A DNA stretch of 12,623 nt from Fidelibacterota bacterium. GTDB taxonomy: Bacteria > Fidelibacterota > Marinisomatia > Marinisomatales > TCS55. Numbering within the stretch: the first letter of the stretch is position 1; each line of letters begins with the position of its first letter. Under the pieces are notes generated by a model that was given only the letters and a program-made list of their open reading frames with translations, was not told the origin of the DNA and ran no database searches. Below, in pieces: positions 1 to 8,202 of this stretch. The stretch is taken from positions 1-12,623 of the forward strand of contig JAPNQO010000105.1 in NCBI GenBank assembly GCA_027251445.1. The letters are read 5' to 3'. The translations under genes and the position numbers were made by a program.

Positions 1-1077
1 TCATCTATTTCTTCCTGGAATCCAAAAGAAGTAGTTCACTTTCATAATACAATAGGAAATAAAGAAACTCCATTAGTTAAACTTCCTGGGTTAGCGAAGC
101 ACTTAGGAATAGGTAGTTTATTAGTAAAGGATGAAAGTCATCGATTTGGTCTTAATGCATTTAAAGCTTTAGGTGCCTCCTATGCAATGTATAAGCAAAT
201 AGAAATAAATCCCCAAATTAAGTTTTTTTGTACAGCCACAGATGGTAATCATGGACGAGCAGTTGCGTGGGTTGCTAGAAAGTTGAAAAGAAAGGCAATT
301 ATATACATGCCTAGCTGGACAGTCCCTGAAAGAGTAAAAGCAATAGAGCAAGAGGGTGCAGAGGTACATGTAATTGATAAATCGTATGATATTGCTGTAG
401 AAATGGCAAGTGCTCGAGTAAAACAGGGAAATGAAACAGGGAATAATTACTGGTCTTTGATTCAAGATACTGCGTGGGATGGCTTTGAGGAAATTCCATT
501 AGATATCATGAAAGGATATTGGACGGAGATGTATGAAATAACACAACAAATGGGAGAGGATGTAATTGATGTGCTATTTTTACAATCTGGTGTGGGAAGT
601 TGGGCTGCTTCAATTTTAGGCTATGTTGCAACACAATGGGAAAATCCTCCAATATGTATTAGCGTTGAACCACATTCTGCGAATTGTTTATTTGAATCGA
701 TTAAAGCTGGCAAAAGAGTTGTAGTCGAAAACGATGAAACAACAATTATGGCAGGTTTAAACTGTGCTTCTGTATCAACCTTAGCATGGAATATATTAAA
801 AAATGGTCTATCAGGATCTATATCTATCACAGATGAACTATGTGAAGAAGCTATGAGATTACTAGCTTATCCAATATCCGATGATTCTTTGATTATATCA
901 GGTGAATCCGGAGCGAGCGGACTCGGTGGCTTAATTGGACTATCTAGATCTATTAATTATAAAGAATTGAAAGAAAAATTTAACTTAAATAGGAATTCAA
1001 CAGTTTTGGTTATAAATACTGAAGGCGACACTGATCCAATAAACTATAAAAAAGTTATCAATGAAAAAAAATATTAA
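1..1077 (+). CDS. dpaL: Diaminopropionate ammonia-lyase family PLP enzyme (fold type II), 5'-truncated by the window edge
   Basis: Frame 1 is open from base 1 (SSISSWNPKEVVHFHNTIGNKETPLVKLPGLAKHLGIGSLLVKDESHRFGLNAFKALGASYAM...), so the ORF-track start at 187 is internal. Motifs: KDESxRFGLNAFK (PLP lysine), ATDGNHGRAVAW, IQDTAWDG, QSGVGSWA, TIMAGLNC, SGESGA and NTEGDTDP, all typical of DpaL/YgeX. Confidence 0.92.
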   Translation, partial: SSISSWNPKEVVHFHNTIGNKETPLVKLPGLAKHLGIGSLLVKDESHRFGLNAFKALGASYAMYKQIEINPQIKFFCTATDGNHGRAVAWVARKLKRKAIIYMPSWTVPERVKAIEQEGAEVHVIDKSYDIAVEMASARVKQGNETGNNYWSLIQDTAWDGFEEIPLDIMKGYWTEMYEITQQMGEDVIDVLFLQSGVGSWAASILGYVATQWENPPICISVEPHSANCLFESIKAGKRVVVENDETTIMAGLNCASVSTLAWNILKNGLSGSISITDELCEEAMRLLAYPISDDSLIISGESGASGLGGLIGLSRSINYKELKEKFNLNRNSTVLVINTEGDTDPINYKKVINEKKY

Positions 1078-1147
1078 TACCTTAATATGAGACTTATATT
1101 ATTAGAATATTGTTTTTATTTAGATATTAAATGAAAGGAAATAGTTA

Positions 1148-1546
1148 ATGAATTCACTTCTAAATCCAAGGATGGTTTTACGAGTCTGCGGAGTTTTAAT
1201 GCTCTTACACTCTTTAATGTGGATGTTTGTATCTGGTGCAAATATCGATGCAGCAATTCCAAATATAAGTGATGACGCATTATTAATGCTCGTTAATACA
1301 AATGAAGCTGTTGCATCATTTAATCTTTTTTTTGCTATTTTAATTCTCGCGAGTTCAACTTTAGAGCTTAATGGGCAAAGAGTAATGACAAAAGCTTTAT
1401 CAGTCTGTTTCTTATTATTAACTGTTCTTGCAGTGTATCATATGGTAGGGTATCCGCAAGGTTATGGCCCACCACCACCAATACCAATTATTTTTGGTCT
1501 TCTAACTATTTGGTCGGGATATATCAGTTTTATTATAAAAGACTAA
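1148..1546 (+). CDS. Hypothetical integral membrane protein (about 4 TM helices)
   Basis: 132-aa ORF with a GAAAGGA Shine-Dalgarno-like sequence at 1133-1139, four hydrophobic segments and a GPPPPIP loop before the last helix. Confidence 0.8.
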   Translation: MNSLLNPRMVLRVCGVLMLLHSLMWMFVSGANIDAAIPNISDDALLMLVNTNEAVASFNLFFAILILASSTLELNGQRVMTKALSVCFLLLTVLAVYHMVGYPQGYGPPPPIPIIFGLLTIWSGYISFIIKD

Positions 1547-1566
1547 ATTTATTTGAGCATACAATT

Positions 1567-2787
1567 ATGAAAGTAATAAATAAAAAAATCATAATAATTA
1601 TGATATCCATTTTCATTTCTTTTTATTGCGATGAAAACAGCGATAGAAATAATGTAAATGGATGCACAGATAGTATAGCAACAAATTATAGTAATTTGGC
1701 TACCAATGATGATGGAAGTTGTGAATATACACTTAATGGAGTTACACTAAAATGGCTTCGAACATTTAATTCGTCGGATGGAGTATATTTTAATGAAGGA
1801 TGGAGCGTTGAGCCTACCTCAGATGGTGGTTTTATTATAGCGGGTGCAGCATCTGGCTATGTTGGCCTTCTAATTAAAACAGATTCTAATGGACAAAAAG
1901 AATGGCATCAAGTGTACAATAATTCAACTTCTTTGCATAGCGCGAGTCAAACATCTGATGGCGGATTTATTGCTACTGGATATTATGAATGCGATACATC
2001 TGCAGCATGTTATCCTGACATATTTCTTGTAAAGACAAATAGTAATGGTGCAATTGAATGGGAACAATTATTTGGTAATGAAGAAAATAATGATTGGGGA
2101 AGAAGCGTTATCGAGACTCAAGATGGAAATTATGTCTTAACGGGAACATGGAATGATGATGGTTGGAATTCAAAAGCATTGTTGAGAAAATATAGTAATA
2201 CAGGATCTCTTATTTGGAGTAAAACTTTTTCAAGTTCTGATGCAAATGAAGGGTATTCTGTTATTGAAACATCGGATGGAAATCTTGTCTTTGCTGGCTA
2301 TTCAGGTACGCAGCATGGTGCATATAATAATTTTATGGTAAAAACAAATGCGGATGGTGGACAATTATGGAAGAAAAAGAATCAATCAGTTGGTGATGCA
2401 TTACTTTATTCTGTAGTAGAATCCCCAAGTGGGGGTTATGCCGCTGCAGGATTTTGTAATAGCTGGAGAGCTAACTCAATCATAAAAAAGAATCAATCTG
2501 GTGGGACTCAATGGCAAAATTGCTATGTTGAAGAAGGAAGTAATTATGGTTATTATGATATTACTGCCTCTTCAAGAGGTGGCTATTATTTAATTGATGA
2601 ACGTTCTTTTTTAACAAAAATAGATGATGAGGGTACAATAATTTTTAGTATACAATTGTACCAAGTGAATCAATCAATTATTGAATTGGAAGATGGAGAT
2701 ATTGTTGTAGGTGGGTATGGATTTAGAGAAGGAAATGATGGGGGTGCTATATCTTTAATTCGTTTGGATCCCTCACAATTTGAATGA
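1567..2787 (+). CDS. Predicted lipoprotein/secreted protein with an N-terminal GCTD...DDGSC Cys module and a probable 7-bladed beta-propeller
   Basis: The ATG at 1567 (MKVINKKIIIIMISIFISFYC) gives a basic plus hydrophobic signal ending in Cys and avoids the overlap with the upstream gene. Seven repeats follow: SVEPTSDGGFIIAG, SASQTSDGGFIATG, SVIETQDGNYVLTG, SVIETSDGNLVFAG, SVVESPSGGYAAAG, DITASSRGGYYLID, SIIELEDGDIVVGG. Confidence 0.8.
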   Translation: MKVINKKIIIIMISIFISFYCDENSDRNNVNGCTDSIATNYSNLATNDDGSCEYTLNGVTLKWLRTFNSSDGVYFNEGWSVEPTSDGGFIIAGAASGYVGLLIKTDSNGQKEWHQVYNNSTSLHSASQTSDGGFIATGYYECDTSAACYPDIFLVKTNSNGAIEWEQLFGNEENNDWGRSVIETQDGNYVLTGTWNDDGWNSKALLRKYSNTGSLIWSKTFSSSDANEGYSVIETSDGNLVFAGYSGTQHGAYNNFMVKTNADGGQLWKKKNQSVGDALLYSVVESPSGGYAAAGFCNSWRANSIIKKNQSGGTQWQNCYVEEGSNYGYYDITASSRGGYYLIDERSFLTKIDDEGTIIFSIQLYQVNQSIIELEDGDIVVGGYGFREGNDGGAISLIRLDPSQFE

Positions 2788-2803
2788 TTATTTATAGAAT
2801 AAA

Positions 2804-3469
2804 ATGAAAAACCTTTTATTCTTTATATTAATTCATGTCTCACTATTTGCTCATGGTGTTGCTACAGGTGATCAAGGGTACATTCAACAAATAAATGGAA
2901 TTAATTTTGTGCCATTTATGTATTTAGGTGCAAAGCATATGGTAACAGGGTACGATCACATCCTGTTTCTTGTAGGTGTTATATTTTTTCTTTATCGTTT
3001 AAGAGATATTGGTATATATGTTACCCTTTTTGCAATTGGTCATTCATCTACGCTAATATTTGGTGTTTTCGCTGACATCCATATTAATGCTTATATAATT
3101 GATGCAATAATTGGATTATCTGTTGTGTATAAGGCATTAGATAATTTAGGCGCATATCAACAATGGTTTGGAATGCAGCCAAATACAAAAATAACTACAT
3201 TAATTTTTGGATTGTTTCATGGCTTTGGTTTAGCAACAAAAATTATTGAATTTGATATGGATCCGAATGGTTTATTAACAAACTTAATAGCATTTAATGT
3301 TGGAGTAGAAATTGGTCAGTTATTAGCATTATCTGCAATTCTGATATTAATAAGTTACTGGCGTAAACAACCTAGTTTTATTACGTATTCTTATTCTACC
3401 AATATAGTATTGATGATATTAGGATTTATGTTAACAGGGAATCAACTAATTGGTTATTTTAATTCTTGA
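2804..3469 (+). CDS. HupE/UreJ family protein (putative Ni/Co permease)
   Basis: Signal-like N-terminus ending in AHG, then GAKHMVTGYDHILFL, GHSSTL, FGLFHGFG and FNVGVEIGQ motifs with multiple TM segments. Confidence 0.88.
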   Translation: MKNLLFFILIHVSLFAHGVATGDQGYIQQINGINFVPFMYLGAKHMVTGYDHILFLVGVIFFLYRLRDIGIYVTLFAIGHSSTLIFGVFADIHINAYIIDAIIGLSVVYKALDNLGAYQQWFGMQPNTKITTLIFGLFHGFGLATKIIEFDMDPNGLLTNLIAFNVGVEIGQLLALSAILILISYWRKQPSFITYSYSTNIVLMILGFMLTGNQLIGYFNS

Positions 3470-3481
3470 TTAGGTAAAATA

Positions 3482-4090
3482 ATGTTTAATGCACAGCAAC
3501 CAACTGAAAAAGATTTACCGACGTCAACACAACTTTTGAAATCCACTATAATAGCAATTATAGTGGCTATTATATTATTAGTAATGGTGATTCTTCCTGC
3601 AGAATATGGAACAGACCCAACTGGCGTTGGAAAGCTGTTAGGATTGAAGGAAATGGGTGAAATTAAAATGAGTCTTTTAGAAGAATCTCAAAATGAATTA
3701 TCTCAAGAAAATAATACTTCTTCAATAGATACTGATTCTTTAGATAAAGCAATGGTAAATAATACTATAAATAATGATGTAGTAGAGATTACAATAGAGC
3801 CAGGGAAAGCAATTGAAATTAAACTAGAAATGAAAAGCGGATCTTTGGTCCAATATGAATGGAAAACGATAAAGGGTGGACTAAATTATAATTTACATGG
3901 TGATGGATATAAAGGATCTCAGAAATTTATAAGTTATAAAAAAGGGAGGATGGTTCAGTCAGACAGTGGAGAGTTGCAAGCAGAGTTTGATGGGTATCAT
4001 GGTTGGTTTTGGCGGAATCGTGAAGAATTTTCTGTTACAGTAATTCTTCAAACTTCAGGTGATTATATTCAAATTAAACAAATGCTATAA
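3482..4090 (+). CDS. Membrane-anchored protein of the type usually found beside HupE/UreJ genes ('transmembrane anchor protein')
   Basis: Single TM helix followed by LPAEYGTDPTGVG, and a C-terminal beta-rich domain with YNLHGD and FDGYHGWFWRN. It starts 12 nt after the HupE/UreJ stop. Confidence 0.8.
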   Translation: MFNAQQPTEKDLPTSTQLLKSTIIAIIVAIILLVMVILPAEYGTDPTGVGKLLGLKEMGEIKMSLLEESQNELSQENNTSSIDTDSLDKAMVNNTINNDVVEITIEPGKAIEIKLEMKSGSLVQYEWKTIKGGLNYNLHGDGYKGSQKFISYKKGRMVQSDSGELQAEFDGYHGWFWRNREEFSVTVILQTSGDYIQIKQML

Positions 4091-4143
4091 AGAATAAATA
4101 TGATGAATCGCAATTTTTTAATGACATTAATGGTTTAAGATAA

Positions 4144-5016
4144 TTACGATTTAGGATGAAATATGTTTTTTCCTTCAAATAATTTTGTCCCATTTATATA
4201 GCTATAATATTTCCTGCATTCACATGAAAGATACTCAATATCTATTGGCTGAAATGCTCGTTTAGCTTCAGGCCAATATTTATTCTGTATTTCGATCATA
4301 CGATCACAAGTTTGCTCATGATTGTCTAGTCCAAAATATTTTTGAAGTCTATCTAAAAAAGCTACTGCTCCAATTCCAGTGGGTACATGACTAGCTGGAT
4401 CAATTATATCTGGTCTAAACCAGGCTATATCAATGACCGCCATAAATATTGGGAAATCATTTTTCATTTGAAAATAATTATTTACCAAATTTGTAGCTTT
4501 AATCACATCACCATTAGCTTCAATAATCGTATTAGTTAGTGGATCTTTTATTTTTTCAAAAAGTTTAGTTGCTGAATCTAATCGATTATATTCTTCTCCA
4601 TTCCATTGAACTGGTTCAACAGGGTAGGCTGTCTTATTACACCATGGATCATGAGTTTTTAATATATCTATTAATTTTGATGGCTTAGATAATATTGATG
4701 ATGAAAGTTGATCAAGAATTTCTTGTCTATTGCACCATCTAGAAAAAAATAAAGCATGAATTAATGTTGGTAAGTCTTTATCTAAATTATTTGCAAACTT
4801 TAGTATTGCTTTACTGCCACGATCATCTTCACGGAACACATTAAGAAATCTTCCTTTTTGAAATATTGGATCATCTGTCCATGGAAATGCAGTTCCACTT
4901 TCTCTTTTTAAACGAATTTTCTCTCTTTCTTTACAGAAATTAAAAAAAGCTGTCACAGGATTATTAATTTCTAACCCATCTAGAGCATTAGCATAAGGAT
5001 TAATCAATTCTTTCAT
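4144..5016 (-). CDS. aGPT-PPlase clade 1 / amino acid:DNA transferase-like protein (5-hmdU DNA kinase helical-domain family)
   Basis: N-terminal FxxERExIRxKRxxGxxxPWTDDPIFQxxRFLNVFREDDR and C-terminal DIEYLSCECRKY match my recollection of this family's signature (ERxxIxxxR...PWTxDPIL...F.NV.RxxD ... CExxKY). Its ATG overlaps the upstream gene's stop (ATGA, 5016-5013). Confidence 0.72.
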   Translation of the reverse strand: MKELINPYANALDGLEINNPVTAFFNFCKEREKIRLKRESGTAFPWTDDPIFQKGRFLNVFREDDRGSKAILKFANNLDKDLPTLIHALFFSRWCNRQEILDQLSSSILSKPSKLIDILKTHDPWCNKTAYPVEPVQWNGEEYNRLDSATKLFEKIKDPLTNTIIEANGDVIKATNLVNNYFQMKNDFPIFMAVIDIAWFRPDIIDPASHVPTGIGAVAFLDRLQKYFGLDNHEQTCDRMIEIQNKYWPEAKRAFQPIDIEYLSCECRKYYSYINGTKLFEGKNIFHPKS

Positions 5017-6065
5017 ATTGTTAATGATTGTATGAAATCACTTGCTCTTTCTGCACTTTTGCCATCGTTAAAATAGAAGCAGTTATGTAGCATTGTATTA
5101 TATTGTTCATAATTATTATTACTTAGTTCATTCTCAATCATCAAAGAAATATTATCTTTGTTACCATTATACTTTTGTACGATATCCAAAATATTTAAAT
5201 CTGATGGCATTTCGTGTAGTTCATCATAATTATTATCAACAATAATGATTGGTTTTCGTGTAATTAAATATTCATAATTTATAGAGGATGTATCGCTGAT
5301 TAATAGATCAGATATTGCAAAATCATACATTGAATTATTCTTAATTATTTTTGCTGGATTCGAAAAATAAACATGCTGTAATCCGTTAAATCTCGCCCAT
5401 GTTTTTAATTTTACTATATGATTTCTATCTTCAAAATGAGGCCTAATGATTAGATTATGTTCATTACTTATTTCACGGCAAAATTTCTTACCAAACCTTT
5501 TTAATGTTCCATCTCCCCATTCCCATGTAGGTGCATATAGTATATTTTTTCTAGTGGTATCTTTTATTCCTAAATATTTTAAATATTTATCTTTATTAAT
5601 TTGATTATTGAAATATCCATCAAACTTTGGATATCCTATTTTGATAAGCTTCTCATCATCAATATGTATACCTACATCCTTTATTTTATGTAAATGTTTC
5701 TTACCTGATATAAAATGATAATCATATGTCTCCAAGTCGTGTGCAGAACCACCATATTTTTTGTCTCCAGCACCATGCCCAATAAATATTGAAATTGATT
5801 CTTCTTTATTATTTTTTATTACCGTATTTGAACACGAAACTATAATGCCATTAAGATCTAAACTTTTTCTGAGGTCTCTAATTATAACAGGAGGAGTGTT
5901 TAAGAACGTACTTTTATTTGTGTTCGATATAGAGTTAGTCATATAAAATTTGAATCTTAGCAACCGATTCAATTTATTGACTACGTATGTTCCTCCGGTT
6001 TGGTCAAAAATAGGTTTTATATGACCATATTGATATACTTGGTTAGCGTAATAGTATATATTCAA
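5013..6065 (-). CDS. CDP-glycerol glycerophosphotransferase (TagF/TagB-like) family CDP-polyol phosphotransferase
   Basis: TTG start. Motifs GHG...KK, IGYPKFD, ILYAPTW, IIRPH and SDLLISDTSSINYEY...KPII. Confidence 0.88.
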   Translation of the reverse strand: MNIYYYANQVYQYGHIKPIFDQTGGTYVVNKLNRLLRFKFYMTNSISNTNKSTFLNTPPVIIRDLRKSLDLNGIIVSCSNTVIKNNKEESISIFIGHGAGDKKYGGSAHDLETYDYHFISGKKHLHKIKDVGIHIDDEKLIKIGYPKFDGYFNNQINKDKYLKYLGIKDTTRKNILYAPTWEWGDGTLKRFGKKFCREISNEHNLIIRPHFEDRNHIVKLKTWARFNGLQHVYFSNPAKIIKNNSMYDFAISDLLISDTSSINYEYLITRKPIIIVDNNYDELHEMPSDLNILDIVQKYNGNKDNISLMIENELSNNNYEQYNTMLHNCFYFNDGKSAERASDFIQSLTI

Positions 6066-6085
6066 TTATTAAAAGTATTATTTAA

Positions 6086-6808
6086 TTATTCAAATAAATT
6101 TCGATTATTATTTATATAATTCAATGCATCTGGAGTATCAATATCAAGCCATGTGCTATCTTCTATATTGACACCACCAAGACAATGATTATTGATTATC
6201 ATATTACATGCATCAGATAATGAATATTTTCCGTTTTCTTTCGCTTTGTGAAGAAAAGAGAAAAATTCATATTTGCATTTAAATAAACCGCAATCTATTG
6301 CATTATAATTCATTAAATCTTTTGACATTGCATTTACTAAATTTGATTCTTTATCAATTTGCAACTTCATGCCATCATCTAAATCATGAATCATATCTAT
6401 TTTATAATCTGAACCGACATTTACTATTGTTTTTGATAATTCACTATTTTTAATCTTTAATAATAAATCATCTTTGTAATAATGATCACTCATTGAAATC
6501 ATAAAATCATCATCTTTAGGAATACTATTCTTTGATGCTAAAACACTGACCCCATTAGGCAATTCCCAATCAGCATTATATATTAATTCAATATTTACTC
6601 TGAACTCTTTCTTTGATATATAATCATCAATCATTGATGAGTTATGACCTGTTACTATTACTATATCTGAAATACCCACCAATACACAATTATGTATAAG
6701 ATGTTCTAATAATGTTTTATTATAGACTTCAATTAATATTTTTGGTATACCTTCAGATATAGATGATAATCTTGACCCTCTACCAGCTGCGATTATAACT
6801 AGTTTCAA
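6086..6808 (-). CDS. Nucleotidyltransferase, probable CTP:inositol-1-phosphate cytidylyltransferase (IPCT/LicC-like)
   Basis: TTG start. Motifs IIAAGRGSRL...PK, NGVSVL, SMSDH, AIDCGLF and WLDIDTP. It lies 4 nt downstream of the inositol-1-phosphate synthase gene. The specific substrate is inferred from this context. Confidence 0.8.
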   Translation of the reverse strand: MKLVIIAAGRGSRLSSISEGIPKILIEVYNKTLLEHLIHNCVLVGISDIVIVTGHNSSMIDDYISKKEFRVNIELIYNADWELPNGVSVLASKNSIPKDDDFMISMSDHYYKDDLLLKIKNSELSKTIVNVGSDYKIDMIHDLDDGMKLQIDKESNLVNAMSKDLMNYNAIDCGLFKCKYEFFSFLHKAKENGKYSLSDACNMIINNHCLGGVNIEDSTWLDIDTPDALNYINNNRNLFE

Positions 6809-6812
6809 TTAA

Positions 6813-8114
6813 TTAGCTTTTATAATAATCCAAGCCTAGGTGAGTTATCAGATCTTCACCCATGATATGGCGCAAGGTATTTTTCAATTTCGCAAGCTGT
6901 ACAAATAAATCATGCTCAGGTTCGAGATCAGGAGAGCACATAGGACTTTTAAAATAAAAGGATAACCATTCTTGTATTCCACTCATATCAGATCTTTTTG
7001 CAAGATCAAGAAAAAGTACTAAATCAAGTACAATTGGTGCTGCTAGAATACTATCTCTACATAAAAAATCTACTTTTATTTGCATTGGATATCCTAGCCA
7101 ACCAAATATATCTATATTATCCCACCCTTCTTTATCATCACCCCTTGGAGGATAGTAATTAATTCTTACTTTATGATATAAATCATTATACAGATCTGGA
7201 TTTCTTTCAGGCTCTAATATTGTATCTAATACGCTTAGTTTACTCTCCTCTTTTGTTTTAAATGCATCTGGATCATCAAGAACTTCTCCATCTCTATTGC
7301 CAAGAATATTTGTTGAGAACCATCCACTAATCCCTAATTGTCTAGCTTTTAACCCAGGAGCTAAAATCGTTTTCATTAACGTTTGTCCAGTTTTGAAGTC
7401 TTTACCTGCAAGAGGAGTTTTCGTTTGATTTGCAAGTTCTTCAAGCGCTGTAATATCAGCTGATAAATTTGGAGCTCCATTTGCATATGGAATACCTAGC
7501 TTTATAGCAGCATATGCATAGATCATACTTGGTGAAATATCAGCATGATTATTTTTAAGTCCTTCTTCAAATTTTGAAAGACTAGAATGAACATCAGATG
7601 GCTCCATATATACTTCAGTACTACCACACCATATCATAACATTGGAAGTTGCACCAGTCGTTTTATTAAAATGTTGTATATCATCCATTACCTGTTCCGC
7701 AAGATCCATCTTATTTTTCCCATTCTTTATCCAATTGCCAGATAATCTCCTTACGAATTTCTCATCAAAAACAGCTTTATATACATTTATTGATTCTAGA
7801 TCTGATTTAAGATCATTTAATAAGTTTTTATCTAAAACCTCAGAACGAATGCTTATTTCATAAACATTTTCATCAGCAATATCCCAACCTCCAAAGGCAA
7901 GGTTGTCCAAATCAGCTAAGGGAGCAAAATCTTTAATTATGGGTGATCTATCTTCCGTTCTTTTCCCTAACCTGATTGAGCCCATTTGACTCATGCTCCC
8001 AATGGGTTTAGCTAAACCTTTGTTGCAGGCAATTACACCGCAGATAAATGTACTTGCAACAGCTCCCATCCCAGGAATAAGTACTCCCAGTTTTTCTTTT
8101 TTATTACTTTTCAT
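6813..8114 (-). CDS. ino1: myo-inositol-1-phosphate synthase
   Basis: GMGAVAST nucleotide-binding loop, FGGWD, GKDFKTGQT, NILGNRDG...SK, GDDKEGWDNIDI, CRDSILAAP and SFYFKSP motifs. Confidence 0.96.
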   Translation of the reverse strand: MKSNKKEKLGVLIPGMGAVASTFICGVIACNKGLAKPIGSMSQMGSIRLGKRTEDRSPIIKDFAPLADLDNLAFGGWDIADENVYEISIRSEVLDKNLLNDLKSDLESINVYKAVFDEKFVRRLSGNWIKNGKNKMDLAEQVMDDIQHFNKTTGATSNVMIWCGSTEVYMEPSDVHSSLSKFEEGLKNNHADISPSMIYAYAAIKLGIPYANGAPNLSADITALEELANQTKTPLAGKDFKTGQTLMKTILAPGLKARQLGISGWFSTNILGNRDGEVLDDPDAFKTKEESKLSVLDTILEPERNPDLYNDLYHKVRINYYPPRGDDKEGWDNIDIFGWLGYPMQIKVDFLCRDSILAAPIVLDLVLFLDLAKRSDMSGIQEWLSFYFKSPMCSPDLEPEHDLFVQLAKLKNTLRHIMGEDLITHLGLDYYKS

Positions 8115-8202
8115 ATCTTGAATATTAAATTAATAAATTATTTCAGGAAGTGATTTATTTATTTTTTCAATTATGTATAGTTATTAAATCAAGTTAGTAC
8201 TT

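Noticed and set aside
169..830. Three minus-strand ORFs (169-465, 311-499, 621-830)
   Set aside because: They are antisense shadows of the well-supported dpaL gene and carry no recognisable motifs.
1469..1480. (CCA)4 trinucleotide repeat
   Set aside because: It simply encodes PPPP in frame in a membrane-protein loop and is too short to suggest phase variation.
1510..1566. ORF-track N-terminal extension of the propeller protein from a TTG at 1510
   Set aside because: It overlaps the upstream gene, and the ATG at 1567 gives a proper signal peptide.
4118..4130. Palindrome TTAATG-A-CATTAA between convergent genes
   Set aside because: It is short and AT-rich with no proper loop or U-tract, so it cannot be supported as a terminator or operator.
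4144..5016. Prophage remnant
   Set aside because: There are no other phage genes, att-like repeats or integrase, and the gene overlaps a cellular biosynthetic gene.
5761..5946. Plus-strand 61-aa ORF
   Set aside because: It is antisense to the TagF-like gene and has no supporting features.
7642..7863. Plus-strand 73-aa ORF
   Set aside because: It is antisense to ino1.
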